In this document: one piece after another, positions 76,325 to 87,750 of the stretch
How positions within the stretch are numbered: the stretch's first letter is position 1
Layout: every line of letters starts with the position of its first letter
Assembly (NCBI RefSeq): GCF_000400465.1
Contig: NW_008806283.1
Span: forward strand, 144,001 to 268,000
From: Wallemia ichthyophaga EXF-994
Lineage: Eukaryota; Fungi; Basidiomycota
Direction: 5' to 3'
DNA: 124,000 nt
Notes under the pieces: generated by a model
Database searches by the model: none
Told to the model about the DNA's origin: nothing
What the model saw: only the letters and a program-made list of their open reading frames with translations
Made by a program: the position numbers and the translations under genes

Positions 76325-78223
76325 ATGAAAAGCCTGAGGAGGTCACTCAATAAGGATAAGACAAATAGCGGTAGTACAAGTAATAGCACTAGCCATAGCC
76401 AGCAACAGATATCACCAAAAATAGCAGTGCTGCAACCACCTCAACTTGTCATAAAGGCAATTGGTTCGTATAGGGCGGAGAAAGCCGGGGAACTGAGTTT
76501 CGATGCTGGAGTATTCTACCACGTTCCAAGTCTAGAAATTGGCGGCGATGAGTTTTATGAAGCACACGACCCACTTAAGGGTACAAGAGGTCTTGTGCCA
76601 CGCTACCTGTTTGAGCCACTTAAAAGAGGAGGCGTAAGTGTGGACAATAGACAGTCATACGAGCATCACAATCAGCCCAATTCACACTCACACTCACACC
76701 CCAATTCACACTCTTCAAAGCCCTCCACTCAATACGCCGTCGTCCAGTTCGATTTTCTCGCAGAGAGACCAGACGAACTGAGCGCAAAAGCAGGCGAACC
76801 AATCATCGTCATTGCCCAATCAAACCATGAGTGGTTCGTCGCTAAACCCATCATGCGTCTCGGAGGTCCCGGTCTTATCCCCGTGGCATTTGTCGAGATT
76901 AGAGACCAGAAGAGTAATCAACCACTAGATACACACGCAATCGTGAGATCTGCTGTTATCCCCAAAGTTGAAGACTGGAAGCGACAAGCCGCTGATTACA
77001 AGAAAGCTTCGATTCCGCTTGGAAGATTTGAATTTAACAAGATGGACAACAGACACAAAGATGAAAAAGACAACGACAAGGAAAATTCTTTCCCGGAGAA
77101 TTCCACCCCTCACGGTGTCTCACACGGCAGCAACAACATACCAAGTACTCATCCAAGTACCAATTTTATATCACCCACTGAAAACGCTCAAATAGCATCT
77201 ACATCTCAACTGCCATCTGCAACCACGCCACCTGCAACTACACCATCCATCACTAGCATATTGCAATCATCCGTTGTCTCCCACTATCACGAGAATGAAG
77301 TGACGTGGTTCCAGTTCAATATTGTTTTCGTAGAAGCTGATACAACCGACGCGACTTTCATACCAACTAATCACACGCGCTCAATGATTCTATTCAGACT
77401 ATACGAAGATTTCTACGATTTCCAGATAAGATTGCTTGATACTTTCCCTGTTGAAGCTGGAAGGAGAGTGTCAGCAGATGGACAGGGGAAGACGCGTATA
77501 TTGCCTTACTTACCTGGACCTATAGAAGCGCATGATCTCAATGAGGTGTCTATAGTGAGAAGACGACTAGAGCTCAATCAATATGTGCACGAATTGTCTT
77601 CTCTCCCACAGCATATTATTAGCTGCGAGCTTTTTAGGGATTTCTTAGATGTCAGACCAGGCGATAGGGAGGTGAGCCACAGAAGTGAGCAGGGTGAAAT
77701 GGGTGAGATTGGCGAGGTTGGTGAATACGCCGAGCATGCTGAGGAGCATACTGAGCACAATTTGCATAATGCCCAACCCAAACACTCATCCGCATCAAGT
77801 TTATCAATTAACGGCGGTTTGGTTGAGAGTATGCACCATTTAGCTGTGGCGCAAGAAGAACAAAAAGACGAAGAGGAGCAAGAGAAACATCAAGACATAC
77901 CAGTATCGGCATCTGTCGACAGCTCACTAAGCGCACTACCTAAACTCGCATCCGAGTCAACACTTTCAACAATGTCAACCAGCGCGATGAAAGTGAAAGT
78001 ACTACACCAACCCACAGGTGACTTGATAGCATTGCGGATATCACCTACCGATCTCAAGTTGGATAGCCTTTTGGACAAGATAAGGGAGCGTTTCGGAGTT
78101 GATGTTAACCGGATATGGTCGAATGATGACAGCAGCAGCTTTGACAGGAAGGAGATTAGCACGGATGAGGAGCTGCACGAATGGTTGAACAATGCGTCTA
78201 AATTGAGTTTAATTGTTAGTTGA
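76325..78223 (+). CDS. BEM1: Polarity scaffold Bem1/Scd2 (SH3-SH3-PX-PB1)
   Basis: Two SH3 domains (WFVAKPIMRLGGPGLIPV), PX (RLYEDFYDFQIRLL..FPVEAG), PB1; may have further 5' exons. Confidence 0.93.
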   Translation: MKSLRRSLNKDKTNSGSTSNSTSHSQQQISPKIAVLQPPQLVIKAIGSYRAEKAGELSFDAGVFYHVPSLEIGGDEFYEAHDPLKGTRGLVPRYLFEPLKRGGVSVDNRQSYEHHNQPNSHSHSHPNSHSSKPSTQYAVVQFDFLAERPDELSAKAGEPIIVIAQSNHEWFVAKPIMRLGGPGLIPVAFVEIRDQKSNQPLDTHAIVRSAVIPKVEDWKRQAADYKKASIPLGRFEFNKMDNRHKDEKDNDKENSFPENSTPHGVSHGSNNIPSTHPSTNFISPTENAQIASTSQLPSATTPPATTPSITSILQSSVVSHYHENEVTWFQFNIVFVEADTTDATFIPTNHTRSMILFRLYEDFYDFQIRLLDTFPVEAGRRVSADGQGKTRILPYLPGPIEAHDLNEVSIVRRRLELNQYVHELSSLPQHIISCELFRDFLDVRPGDREVSHRSEQGEMGEIGEVGEYAEHAEEHTEHNLHNAQPKHSSASSLSINGGLVESMHHLAVAQEEQKDEEEQEKHQDIPVSASVDSSLSALPKLASESTLSTMSTSAMKVKVLHQPTGDLIALRISPTDLKLDSLLDKIRERFGVDVNRIWSNDDSSSFDRKEISTDEELHEWLNNASKLSLIVS

Positions 78224-78267
78224 ATTTCATTCCAACTTGGCTATCTACCTTCTTTTTTAAAACGGTC

Positions 78268-79274
78268 ATGGATTTCTCAGCCGAGACATATTTTAGCACA
78301 CAGCCAGAACCAGCAAACCACGCCGAGAAGTTAGCTTCTGTGACTGCGTTTATAGACAGACAAATTTCACGTAACCGTCGAGTAGCTCTTGTAACTGTAA
78401 GTGAAGATTGACATCATATCGGATAAGACATCTGAGGGTGTTAATATAGTCTGGTGGCACTACAGTACCGCTTGAGAAGAATACTGTGCGTTTTCTCGAC
78501 AATTTTAGCGCTGGTACGCGTGGAGCGACTTCAGCGGAATACCTCCTTAACGATCCACGCTATGCAGTTATATTTATGCATCGCCAGCATTCTCTCCAGC
78601 CATACACTAAGCATTTCAGTCACACCACCAACCCTTTCCTCGATCTACTCAATCTACCGGAATCCCCCGATGATGAAATCACAGTGAACAGAAACAAGAC
78701 ACCTGAAATGTTCAACATACTCCGCAATCACCATCAAGTCGTCTGCGAAGATAGATTATTTAGTCTCCCATTCGTCACTATCGCCGATTACCTTTTCTTG
78801 TTGCGGGATGTGAGTATGGCTATGAAATCTTGTTCAAAGAGCGCCCTCTATTACCTCGCTGCTGCAGTCAGTGATTTCTTTATACCAACGCAGAAAATCT
78901 ACGAGCATAAAATTCAGTCACAAAAGGGTAGCTTGCAGATAGAGATGGATCAAACACCCAAAATACTCGGTTCTCTCGTTAAGGATTGGACTCCGGAGGG
79001 TTTCATTGTCAGCTTTAAATTGGAAACTGAACATTCACTCTTAATACCTAAAGCTATTGGTGCTCTCGAAAAGTATGAGCATCATCTCGTTATCGCTAAT
79101 GAACTTAAGAATAGAAAATACAAAGTAGCTCTGGTTGAAAGGAAGCTGGATGGTCAATTCAGTGAGGACTTTGTCGAGATTGGTGAAAATACCCACGATA
79201 AGGAAATTGAAGAGGAGATAATCAAGCAGGTTATCAGTAGACACGATATTCATCTCACTCAGCAGCGACTTTGA
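78268..79274 (+). CDS. CAB2: Phosphopantothenate-cysteine ligase
   Basis: [51 protein letters not shown]; one intron. Confidence 0.93.
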
Positions 79275-79458
79275 GGCTTTAACATTTCATTTCAACGCGA
79301 TTCTATCGTGAAACAAGCCCAATTCCATTAGACAAAACATTTCGGAACATAACACTCTTTCTATACATTCACCCTTTCTGTGTACAGTTTGTACATACTA
79401 TATCACTCTTCATGATACAAATATCTATCTAATTATACAAATATCCTTGCTAGTAAAA

Positions 79459-80932
79459 TTACTGTGAATGGCCGTCGTCAGTCTCAAGTGGCGGTGCACT
79501 TGCTTCAATCGTTCGAGTGTTGTGTGAAGGAGGCGGTGCAGACGGCGCAGGTGGTATAATATGATCGTTATTCGACTCCTGCAGATTTTATTAGTAAAGC
79601 TTTACCACATCGAAACCAACTCACATCAGAATAAGGTAGATCAAATGGACTGAACGTCGGTTCAAATGCGGTAGGAGGAAGTGGTAAACTAGGCATTAAA
79701 TCTTTCTTCTTGGTATCGGAATTATCATGATCGGGCTGCTTCCAAAACCCTTCTTCCACAGTCTCATAGCCATCACCGTCAACATTAGCCACTGGAACTG
79801 ATGCATCATGCCGCCGTTGCTCGTCATCTCCAAATGGCGATGAAGAAGCCATATGTAGATTCCGCAAATGATCTTTATCATCAATTGCAATATGAGCAGT
79901 GAGATGATGAGCACTGTTGTCATTCTCACTATCACTATCACTCGTCGCTGGTTCTGGCGTTTCTTCCAGCTCCTCGAGATCGTTATTGCCTCGACTGTTA
80001 ATATAGCGTGACTTTTCCGTTTGGCGTGTCGTACTCGGTGCTCGTCTTGATGTTGTCGGTCTTTGCGAGTTAGGTCTGTATGCCGGAGGTAGAGCTGGTA
80101 GTGCGCCTGAGTCTGTGTCGCGGTCTAATGGGAATGGAGGTGGCGATTCATGATGCTCGTGGTGCTCGTGGTGCTCATTTTCATTATCGTCATTGCGTTG
80201 ACGTGGCTGAATTTGAGTCAAAGTCTCTTGGTTGACTTGCTCAGCTTGCTCAACTCCCCCAAGTCCCCGACTGTTGTCATCATCACCCTCGCTAGCTCGA
80301 TTCCTCCCTGTGTCGTGACTGAGTAACTCGCCTCTCTCCTCCTCGTTATCGTTATCGTTGTTGTTGTTGATTGATGGGCTGATTATGGAACGGAGAGAAG
80401 GCACATGATGTATTTTCCTGCCTTTCCTATGTTTAAGGTATTTGAGCGGGTTCCTCCGCTTCCTGACAAACGAGGTGGTACTTTTAGGCTCATCCTGATC
80501 GCCATCAAAACCACTCTCGCTCTTTTTAAGCTTAGTTCGGGATTTGGATTTCCGCCGCCGCCTCCACACGATAGTCCCGAACATTGTGAAGACTATCACG
80601 GAAGCGAGTACGACACTAATACCAATAATAAGTGGCTCACTGTTCTTGTGGTAGGATGCGTTGGCATGATTAGTCCCCCACCCTCGAGGCATGGATGGGT
80701 TATTGGTATCGAATGGATCCATACTACTTCGCTTGTCGTAGACATTGACGCCCCAGAATTTGAACTCATTGACTTTTTCACTGTTCTTTGTCAGCTTTAG
80801 CGGCAAATTGACTTGCTCAAGCTCAACGCTGTAGCTCTGATTGAGTTCTGCTTGTGTATTACCGTAAGCCAAGCCATATGTGACTAATACACATAGTAAA
80901 TTAATAAAGAGGCATACTCGCACACCCTTCAT
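79459..80932 (-). CDS. Hypothetical type I membrane protein
   Basis: N-terminal hydrophobic stretch, TM LIIGISVVLASVIVFTMFGTIVW followed by RRRRKSK, disordered tail; final exon (ESNNDHII...GHSQ*) ends 79459. Confidence 0.7.
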
Positions 80933-81081
80933 GAAATCTCACACGGATTTCCTCAATTTCTGGTTTATGGGGGATCACAGTCGGAAACCACGATAAGATA
81001 TGGTGGGAAAATTGGTTTATTTTTTCATAGCTTTGTCAATTTAGGCACAAATCAAATCAAATTAAATCAGTCGTCGTCAGA

Positions 81082-81869
81082 TTATGCTACAGATTCCCTC
81101 ATTATCTTGATTTTCTTGGTAAATTTCTCAACATTTAATTCTGGCTGTAGTGCTGTGAGTAAAGTGGAAGTGGCAGCGAACCACTTACGCTTGGTGTAGT
81201 GGACTTTACAGAAGGCAAATCAAGCAAGTCTGTAACGTATCTGTTGAACTTTTGATACTTCTCCGTCTTGAGTGTCTCAAGCACGCTCCTTGCGCCTGCG
81301 ATATCGCAAACATCTTCTTTTGCGTTCTCAGCAAAGTCCTTGAATCTGACAAAGAATGGTGCAAATGCTAAATCACCAATTGTTGGCTTGTTGTCTCCCA
81401 ATAAGAAACCGGTTTCTGGAAGGTGAGCTTGGAGTGCGTCAATAGCTTGCAAGATATTCGTTGAACTTTCGCCGCGGAACAACCAAGCAAAGTATTGAGA
81501 GTTGAAGTAGCCGCCTGCTTCGATGAACAGACGTACTTTGGCCCGGTTGACAGCATTCACCAAGCCATGAGGAAGGAGGTGTGCATCTGGATAGAGATCA
81601 GCAACCAATTCCAACAAAACTAAGCTCTCATTGATCGACACTCCGTTCTCTGGAATCTTAGAAATGTCTTTCTGGTGATTGTCTTTGTCTATAACAAGCG
81701 CTGGAACTTTGGAAGCTGGGTTGATTTGAGGATACCATTCTGGCTTCTTCTCTAAATCAATTTCCACCTTCTCGAACTTGGCACCGGCTTGCAGCAGCGC
81801 AGCCTCTACACGATGCGCAAAGGGGCAAATGTGTGCTGTGTATAAAACTAAGCGTGAAGTCAAAGTCAT
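81082..81869 (-). CDS. Glutathione S-transferase (omega-like)
   Basis: YTAHICPFAHRV, INPASKVPAL, NESLVLLELVADLY; short last exon. Confidence 0.9.
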
Positions 81870-81979
81870 GATTGTTGATGGTAGAGGGAGAAAGTAATTA
81901 AACTGGATTTGTAATAGATTTATTAGTCATCAGCTTGCGCATGATTGCATTTGAAAGTAAATATCTGGGATAATTTTGA

Positions 81980-82860
81980 CAATTTACACAATTCGCTCTA
82001 TTCACAGCTCTGTTATCGAAACTTGTGGCAAAGATGGAGCTGTCCATCGATGATGTCATTAGCACGGCCACGATGGTTTAATAATCTAGCTTTAGGGATT
82101 CCAGTAGGGTTTGTAATCAAGCTCACGCTCTTTGGAAGTATTAAGGTATTTGTAATCTTCGCGCGAGCGTTGTCACTTTAAGCCAAGTAAAATTGTTTCG
82201 GGATCGTAATTTGGTACAAAATAGTTTAATCGCCTTCACACTCCTATTTTTTGGAATCTCGGAATGCACTTGGTCGATCCAAACCATCGATTTCAGAATT
82301 AAGCTGACCCCTACTTTCCTTTGCATGAATTGCTTTTATACCCGTGCGATGGTCCAGAGTGATAAATTTTTTTCGCTGTAGCCACCATCGTGTCCTGTGG
82401 ACGCTATTTGTCGGAGAATGTAAATCACGTCTAGAAGGGCCAGCATTTTTGAGTTCTTGACTACTGCGGTTTTCATCAGCTTAAATTGTTTGTTTCTATC
82501 GATGAAGTTCCTGAAATCTCCATACCTAATCTGCAGGGTGCTCTAGAGCGATGTCGGACCGCAAATCCTGGACGGCCTACAGTGCGCGATTAGAGGCTTA
82601 GAGATATGCTTCTGGTGACGCCTCATAGAAACCATTCAGAGCTACATGCCAAGATCCTTTATTTGGAGATCATCAAAACTCGTAAATCAGCCATTTGAGA
82701 TCAGTGGTGGTCAAAAAACTAACTCAGTGGATATTGAACGGAGGGATTATGTGTGGATGTATTTAAAATGCTGGATATGCTAAGAAAATGTTGGAAATGG
82801 TATCTTCTTCAATTGGTCAGTATATCGTATCTCTGCGTTCGGTTTCTCACTTACTTGGCC
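81980..82860 (-). pseudogene. Decayed copy C of the unidentified gene family
   Basis: One minus-strand frame holds for ~190 codons with ~9 internal stops (RYTDQLKKIPFPTFS*HIQHFKYI...SISTEL...FTSFDDLQIK...LDRPSAF); boundaries approximate. Confidence 0.65.
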
Positions 82861-83279
82861 ATTTGTTGCGTGAGTTGAATCAACTCAACTCAGTGGAATA
82901 ACCAGTATCTATGAGAGGCATTTATTGAATAACTGAAATTCACATGCAAACACCACACTTCCATGTGGTTTCGCTCTTAGGTCATTAGTGATATATCATC
83001 GGGTCGCAATGAAGCCATTGACAGACGTGAGATAAAACCTAGTAGGTAGAGCTGCGCATTGTGCTCTACTTGGTTGATGTTGATTGGATTGCGTCGATAT
83101 AGATAAGACAACTTTAGTGATGTTTGGCGGCGATTACAGGCATCGAGTAGTCTTTTGGTATACAAGTCTTGTCAATATAGCGACAGTAGCTGCACCCCCA
83201 AACATTAAACCCTGCTTGCAATTTACTTAGATACTTAAAGCAAGAAATGGAATCGTAAGACAGATAATTACAAAATAAA

Positions 83280-84520
83280 TTAATCACTCTCATCTTCGGA
83301 CTCAGCCTCGTCGAGCCACTAGAGTTTTTTGTTAGCTATGTGTGAACAAGGTAATGTCTGATACTCACCTTCAAAAATGGCTTGGCAGAAACTCTGACTT
83401 TCTTTGAGACATCTTTATCGACATACTTTTTAGAAACATGCGTACCCCAGTGCTGAATGACTTCCTCTTCCAGGAGATCAGCTTGATAGATCTTCATGAG
83501 CAGTTTAGGAAGCTGAGGAAGAAGTTCCGGGTAGTTGAGACCAACGAGTCTCTCAAGACCGCCGAGAATACTCTTTTGATGCTTTTCAGAACCATCCTTG
83601 CACATTTGTTCCAAGACTGGAATAATACCATCAAGCTCCTTGAAAGCGTTTTGGGTGAGAGCAGATTGGATGACAACTTGGACAGTTTTATGCTTTTGTT
83701 CTATATTCAGATCTCTGGACTTGTTGAGGATATCAACAGGATTGATGGTTTGATCTTCGGCGTGCTTCTCCTCAATCCACAAAGCCAACTGAGATTCAGG
83801 GGCATCGTTACCGTCTTCATCAGAGTTAGCGCCGTCTTGTCCGAGGATGGTAGTGACACCTTCAGATAACTGATTAACTCTAGCTTGGACAGCTGCCTCT
83901 GAGGTGTCGACACTCCATTCATTGTCAGCTTTCTTATCAGCAATGGGGACAGCCTTAGCTTCAGCGTTAATTCTAGCAGTGAGATCATCTTGAGTTTGAG
84001 CGTCATTCTCCATTTGTTCGACTTCGTCAGTTGCCTTGTTTGCAGCTTCAGCATGAGCGCCTTGACCTTTCTTCTTCTTTGGAGGCGGATTCTTTTGAAT
84101 GTAAGTGGTAAGCTTATGTACCTTATCGACACCAGAGCGTTTACCGCAAGCTTTGCAATCCTTAATAATGTCATCATTCTTAGACATTTGTAATTCCGTT
84201 TCAGGGTTTTTGCAAGAACCACAGAGAACAAATTTAGCGATGAAGGAATCGAGGACTTCCCTAAGCCTGTCAACCTGATGACTACCATTAACGATATACC
84301 GATCATTCTTATCGTCCAAAGTAGTTTGAGCACCCAACTCGAAACCAAAGAACTTTGTTGGATAGTTTGGAGGTCTAGCCAAGGCTTTTGCGACGTCTGA
84401 CATATTTGGAATTACAGTCTTTATGCCATTTCCCTTGCCTTCAATTTTTGTAACCAACTGAGGCATTTTATACCTGTAAAATTTATCATCAACGTCCCTT
84501 CTAATATTTACTAGCGTCAT
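83280..84520 (-). CDS. TIF5: Translation initiation factor eIF5
   Basis: DKFYRYKMP...EGKGNGIKT, zinc ribbon, W2 domain ending WLDEAESED. Confidence 0.96.
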
Positions 84521-84608
84521 TGTATAGCATGTAAAGCGATTCTAATCGTTTAAACTTAATTTTCGTTGTTGGTGGTTGGCCTGGGAGAACAGTGATGGGA
84601 AATATCAA

Positions 84609-85064
84609 TCAATCCATGCTAAAATCTTCTACAACAGAAACTTGGGCGTAAGTTTTATCATCTTCGTAGGCGTCATCGCGCTGCTTATTGGATTCCTTGT
84701 TATCCTTGTTATCTTCCTCCTCCTCTTGCGTTTTCCACTGAGACTCGTAATTTTCATAATTCGATTTAGCTTCAGTTTTGCGATGAGCCCTGAGCTGCGA
84801 GGATATTTGTTAGAGTCAAAACGCACACCCATCCCCACTAACCTCCTTGGTTTCCTGCTTCTTGGCCTCCTTATCCCTCGCCACCGCCTTTTCCCTCCTA
84901 TCATTTAGACGCTTCTGCTTCCTCTTTCTAAACCCAGTGAGATATTCCCTACGCTTGTCCTCATCGAATACGATCTCATCCACCTGCTTCGTCTTGTTCT
85001 GGCGCTTCCTCCCCAATGCCTCCTTATCAAAGCTCAAAATTGCGCTATTCGATGATTTACCCAT
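84609..85064 (-). CDS. RRP17: Nucleolar protein Rrp17/Nop25
   Basis: EIVFDEDKRREYLTGFRKRKQKR; second exon ends ...VSVVEDFSMD*. Confidence 0.85.
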
Positions 85065-85123
85065 GACCGCACAAAAGCAAATTGATAAGCTGCGAAAATG
85101 TTTTATTTATTAATGTACACATA

Positions 85124-87510
85124 TTACCTCTTAAACACTAAAGACTTGACAAATCCTACTGTCGTCAGATAAAACGACTCCCTGCTTTTCGTTGAATGAA
85201 ATCCTGTGTCACGGAAATGTGAATGTCCAGACGAATGTACCATTTCATCTGGATTTTCATCTGCTCCTTCTCCTGTCCCTTCTCCTGGCCCTTTTTCCAT
85301 CATGTTCACGCTCTCACTCGATTCCGTCTTGAGACTCTCATCAGGTGACTGAGAATCATAATTTCCCCTCTCTTTCGACATTGCCGTCGTCGATGCAAGT
85401 ATTACCTGATTGTCTCGACTATAAAAAGTCATCCACGATTCTTTCGCATCTGCTTTCTTCCTCAATATCATACTTCCCGATTTGTGCACATCCGTCGGCG
85501 ACTTCTGGACAGTACCCACCGCTGCGGCCTTCACATGCTCCGCTGTCGGTCCATATATTGCACTGTACCTGTCTCCTTCTTCAGAAATTGACGAATTGGA
85601 TGATGATATTGTTTTGCCGATATCGAGTTTCAGATCTCCGTTACTCCTACCATTCATATTCTCATCTTTCTTAGTCTCATGCTTGAATCTAAGTAGATTA
85701 TCGTTCACACCGTCAACTATCAATTCATGTCCCGGCGACTGACTATCTTTAGAACATCTATTCACTTGAAAATCCTTCCAATGCAGTCTGTGTCCGACTA
85801 CTATATACTGCCATGCCTCATTTTCCGTCGACTGCTGCACGTAGTGCTCTTCATTGACCCCTGGTGGTGCAATATAAGCGCAGCAGCTCTCTACGATGAA
85901 TGTGTTGACCGCCGAGCCGCTTCCAGTTACGTTAATTCTAGTCCAGTGGTTGTGCCGAAAATCAAACACATCTATCGCTGCCGTGTTATACGCCTATATC
86001 TGGTCGTTAAATTCAAGTCCTCTACACTAAACCACACCCACACAGTATTCATCGTATGTTTCATCATATTGCCACGCAGGTACTATAGTCACTCCTGCAA
86101 AGATGGCCAGTTTGTGACTGCCTACGAGTATCATCGTCGCTTCCAATCTCTCACGTGGTGATTGACCAGTAGTAGTAATGACATCTTCAATGGATCCTTC
86201 CGAAGATGTAGCTGTGTATCTGCGATTGAGGTTGCCGTCGTCAATATGCATATCTTCATCTATGCTCTGTTGAATGTTTCTTTTTGCTTTGAGCTTCAAG
86301 AGTCTCGCTCGCGAGTAAGCCTCTGGAGATTTGTAGTTGCTCCAGTAGAAATTATCCTCTATAGCATTGTACGTCAGTTTATGAAGATCGTCGAATATCA
86401 CATTGACAGGATCATCCACCTGTGCACCCCCGAAATAGAAAATATCATCACCTTTGACAGTCTGTGAATGTCCAAACCGCATGTCTGGAGCTATTCCCTT
86501 TATCTCTGGTTGAATCCACCTATCTTGCTTGATGTGATACACGAAAACATCATTGTCGCCAACAGTATTGTCACATATACCGCCAAACAAGACGATAAAA
86601 TCTCTAATACATGCCATTGAATGGCCTCTGCGTGCTGTTGGCCACGTGCTCTCTTCATAGCTCTCACTGCTATGTGACGTTCTCTTCCTCGGACGCTTAC
86701 TAAACCTGTTTAGATATCGATCTGGCTGCCTCGAGTTTCCAAGTTCTACTATTGACAAGTCTTTGATGTTTATCTTGTAAAGAATGTCAGAGAGTGAACC
86801 CGTCGATCTTTCATCAAGAGCCGCTGTGGCGTGGGTTGGGTGATCCGAGCTCAGCTTGGGGTGGAGTGTACCCCCGAAAATATAAATTTCGTCGTTGTAC
86901 GCGGTAACAGGAGCCATAAGCGGTTGCCACTGATAAGATTGGGTTGGGGAATAGTTTGGGTTATCAATTCTGAGGAAATATCTATCCCATAGTCTAGTCG
87001 TCAAGTTGAGGACGTATACGGAGGGATTAACTGATCTTTAAGGGATTAGCGAGGTCTTGGAGATTGCTGAAATCTCACAAATAAGGCAAATAGAGGAAAT
87101 TACGTATTTGAACGGCAGTCTAAATATGTCATCAGTGTAATGATATGCACTAGAGGAATAAACGCACATGGTGACCAAATGCAGGTGGAAATACCTCCGG
87201 CAGATGCTCTTCAGCCTGGTTATTCAAGTCATCGTCGCCGTTTGAATTTATCGTCGGTTGTAATTGAGAAGAAGGTGGGAAGTCTGGAGCGCGTTGTACA
87301 TCGAATTGATCCCAGTGTGCGCCTGTAAAGCATAAGTGAGTGCAAATTATTCAAATCTCAACCAAATCCCTCACCGACGAAGCTCAGATGCCGCTTGACC
87401 AAATTGTGGAATGATCTGCACGATATGGACAATCTCATCAAATCGATCGATCTGAGGTTACTGAGTATTTCGTAGTACACGTTGTCATTCAATTTAAGCA
87501 TCTGCGCCAT
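85124..87510 (-). CDS. F-box plus kelch-repeat protein, multi-exon
   Basis: Exon 1 LNDNVYYEILSNLRSIDLMRLSISCRSFHNLV (F-box); later IYIFGG, RRGHS..CIRDFIVLFGG, RFGHS...IFYFGG kelch motifs. Confidence 0.8.
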
Positions 87511-87750
87511 TTTTGAATGGTATTTAATCTTTTTCCTTTTTTTCAAATAATCCAGAATAGTGGATTTCAAAGATAAGAATTTGCGAGGAGACAAAGAAAA
87601 GGAGAGAAAAATTACATGAAAAGTATTCACAATGGCATTACAAAAAGTTTTCGCATTCATTCTCCACTCCGCTGCTTCCCGCCAACACCAATATCGAATG
87701 GTAGAAATCTCGTTATCCCCACGTTGTCAGCTACACTATTTACTTTGTTG

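Noticed and set aside
2955-79274. Cryptic peroxisomal targeting via C-termini such as KRL (RGS) and QRL (CAB2), or TGA-CTA read-through
   Set aside because: The tripeptides are weak PTS1 variants, and the stop codons I checked had no TGA-CTA read-through context
79459-79560. Hairpin followed by ACA that resembled an H/ACA snoRNA
   Set aside because: Explained as the spliced last coding exon of the membrane protein gene (ESNNDHII...GHSQ*)
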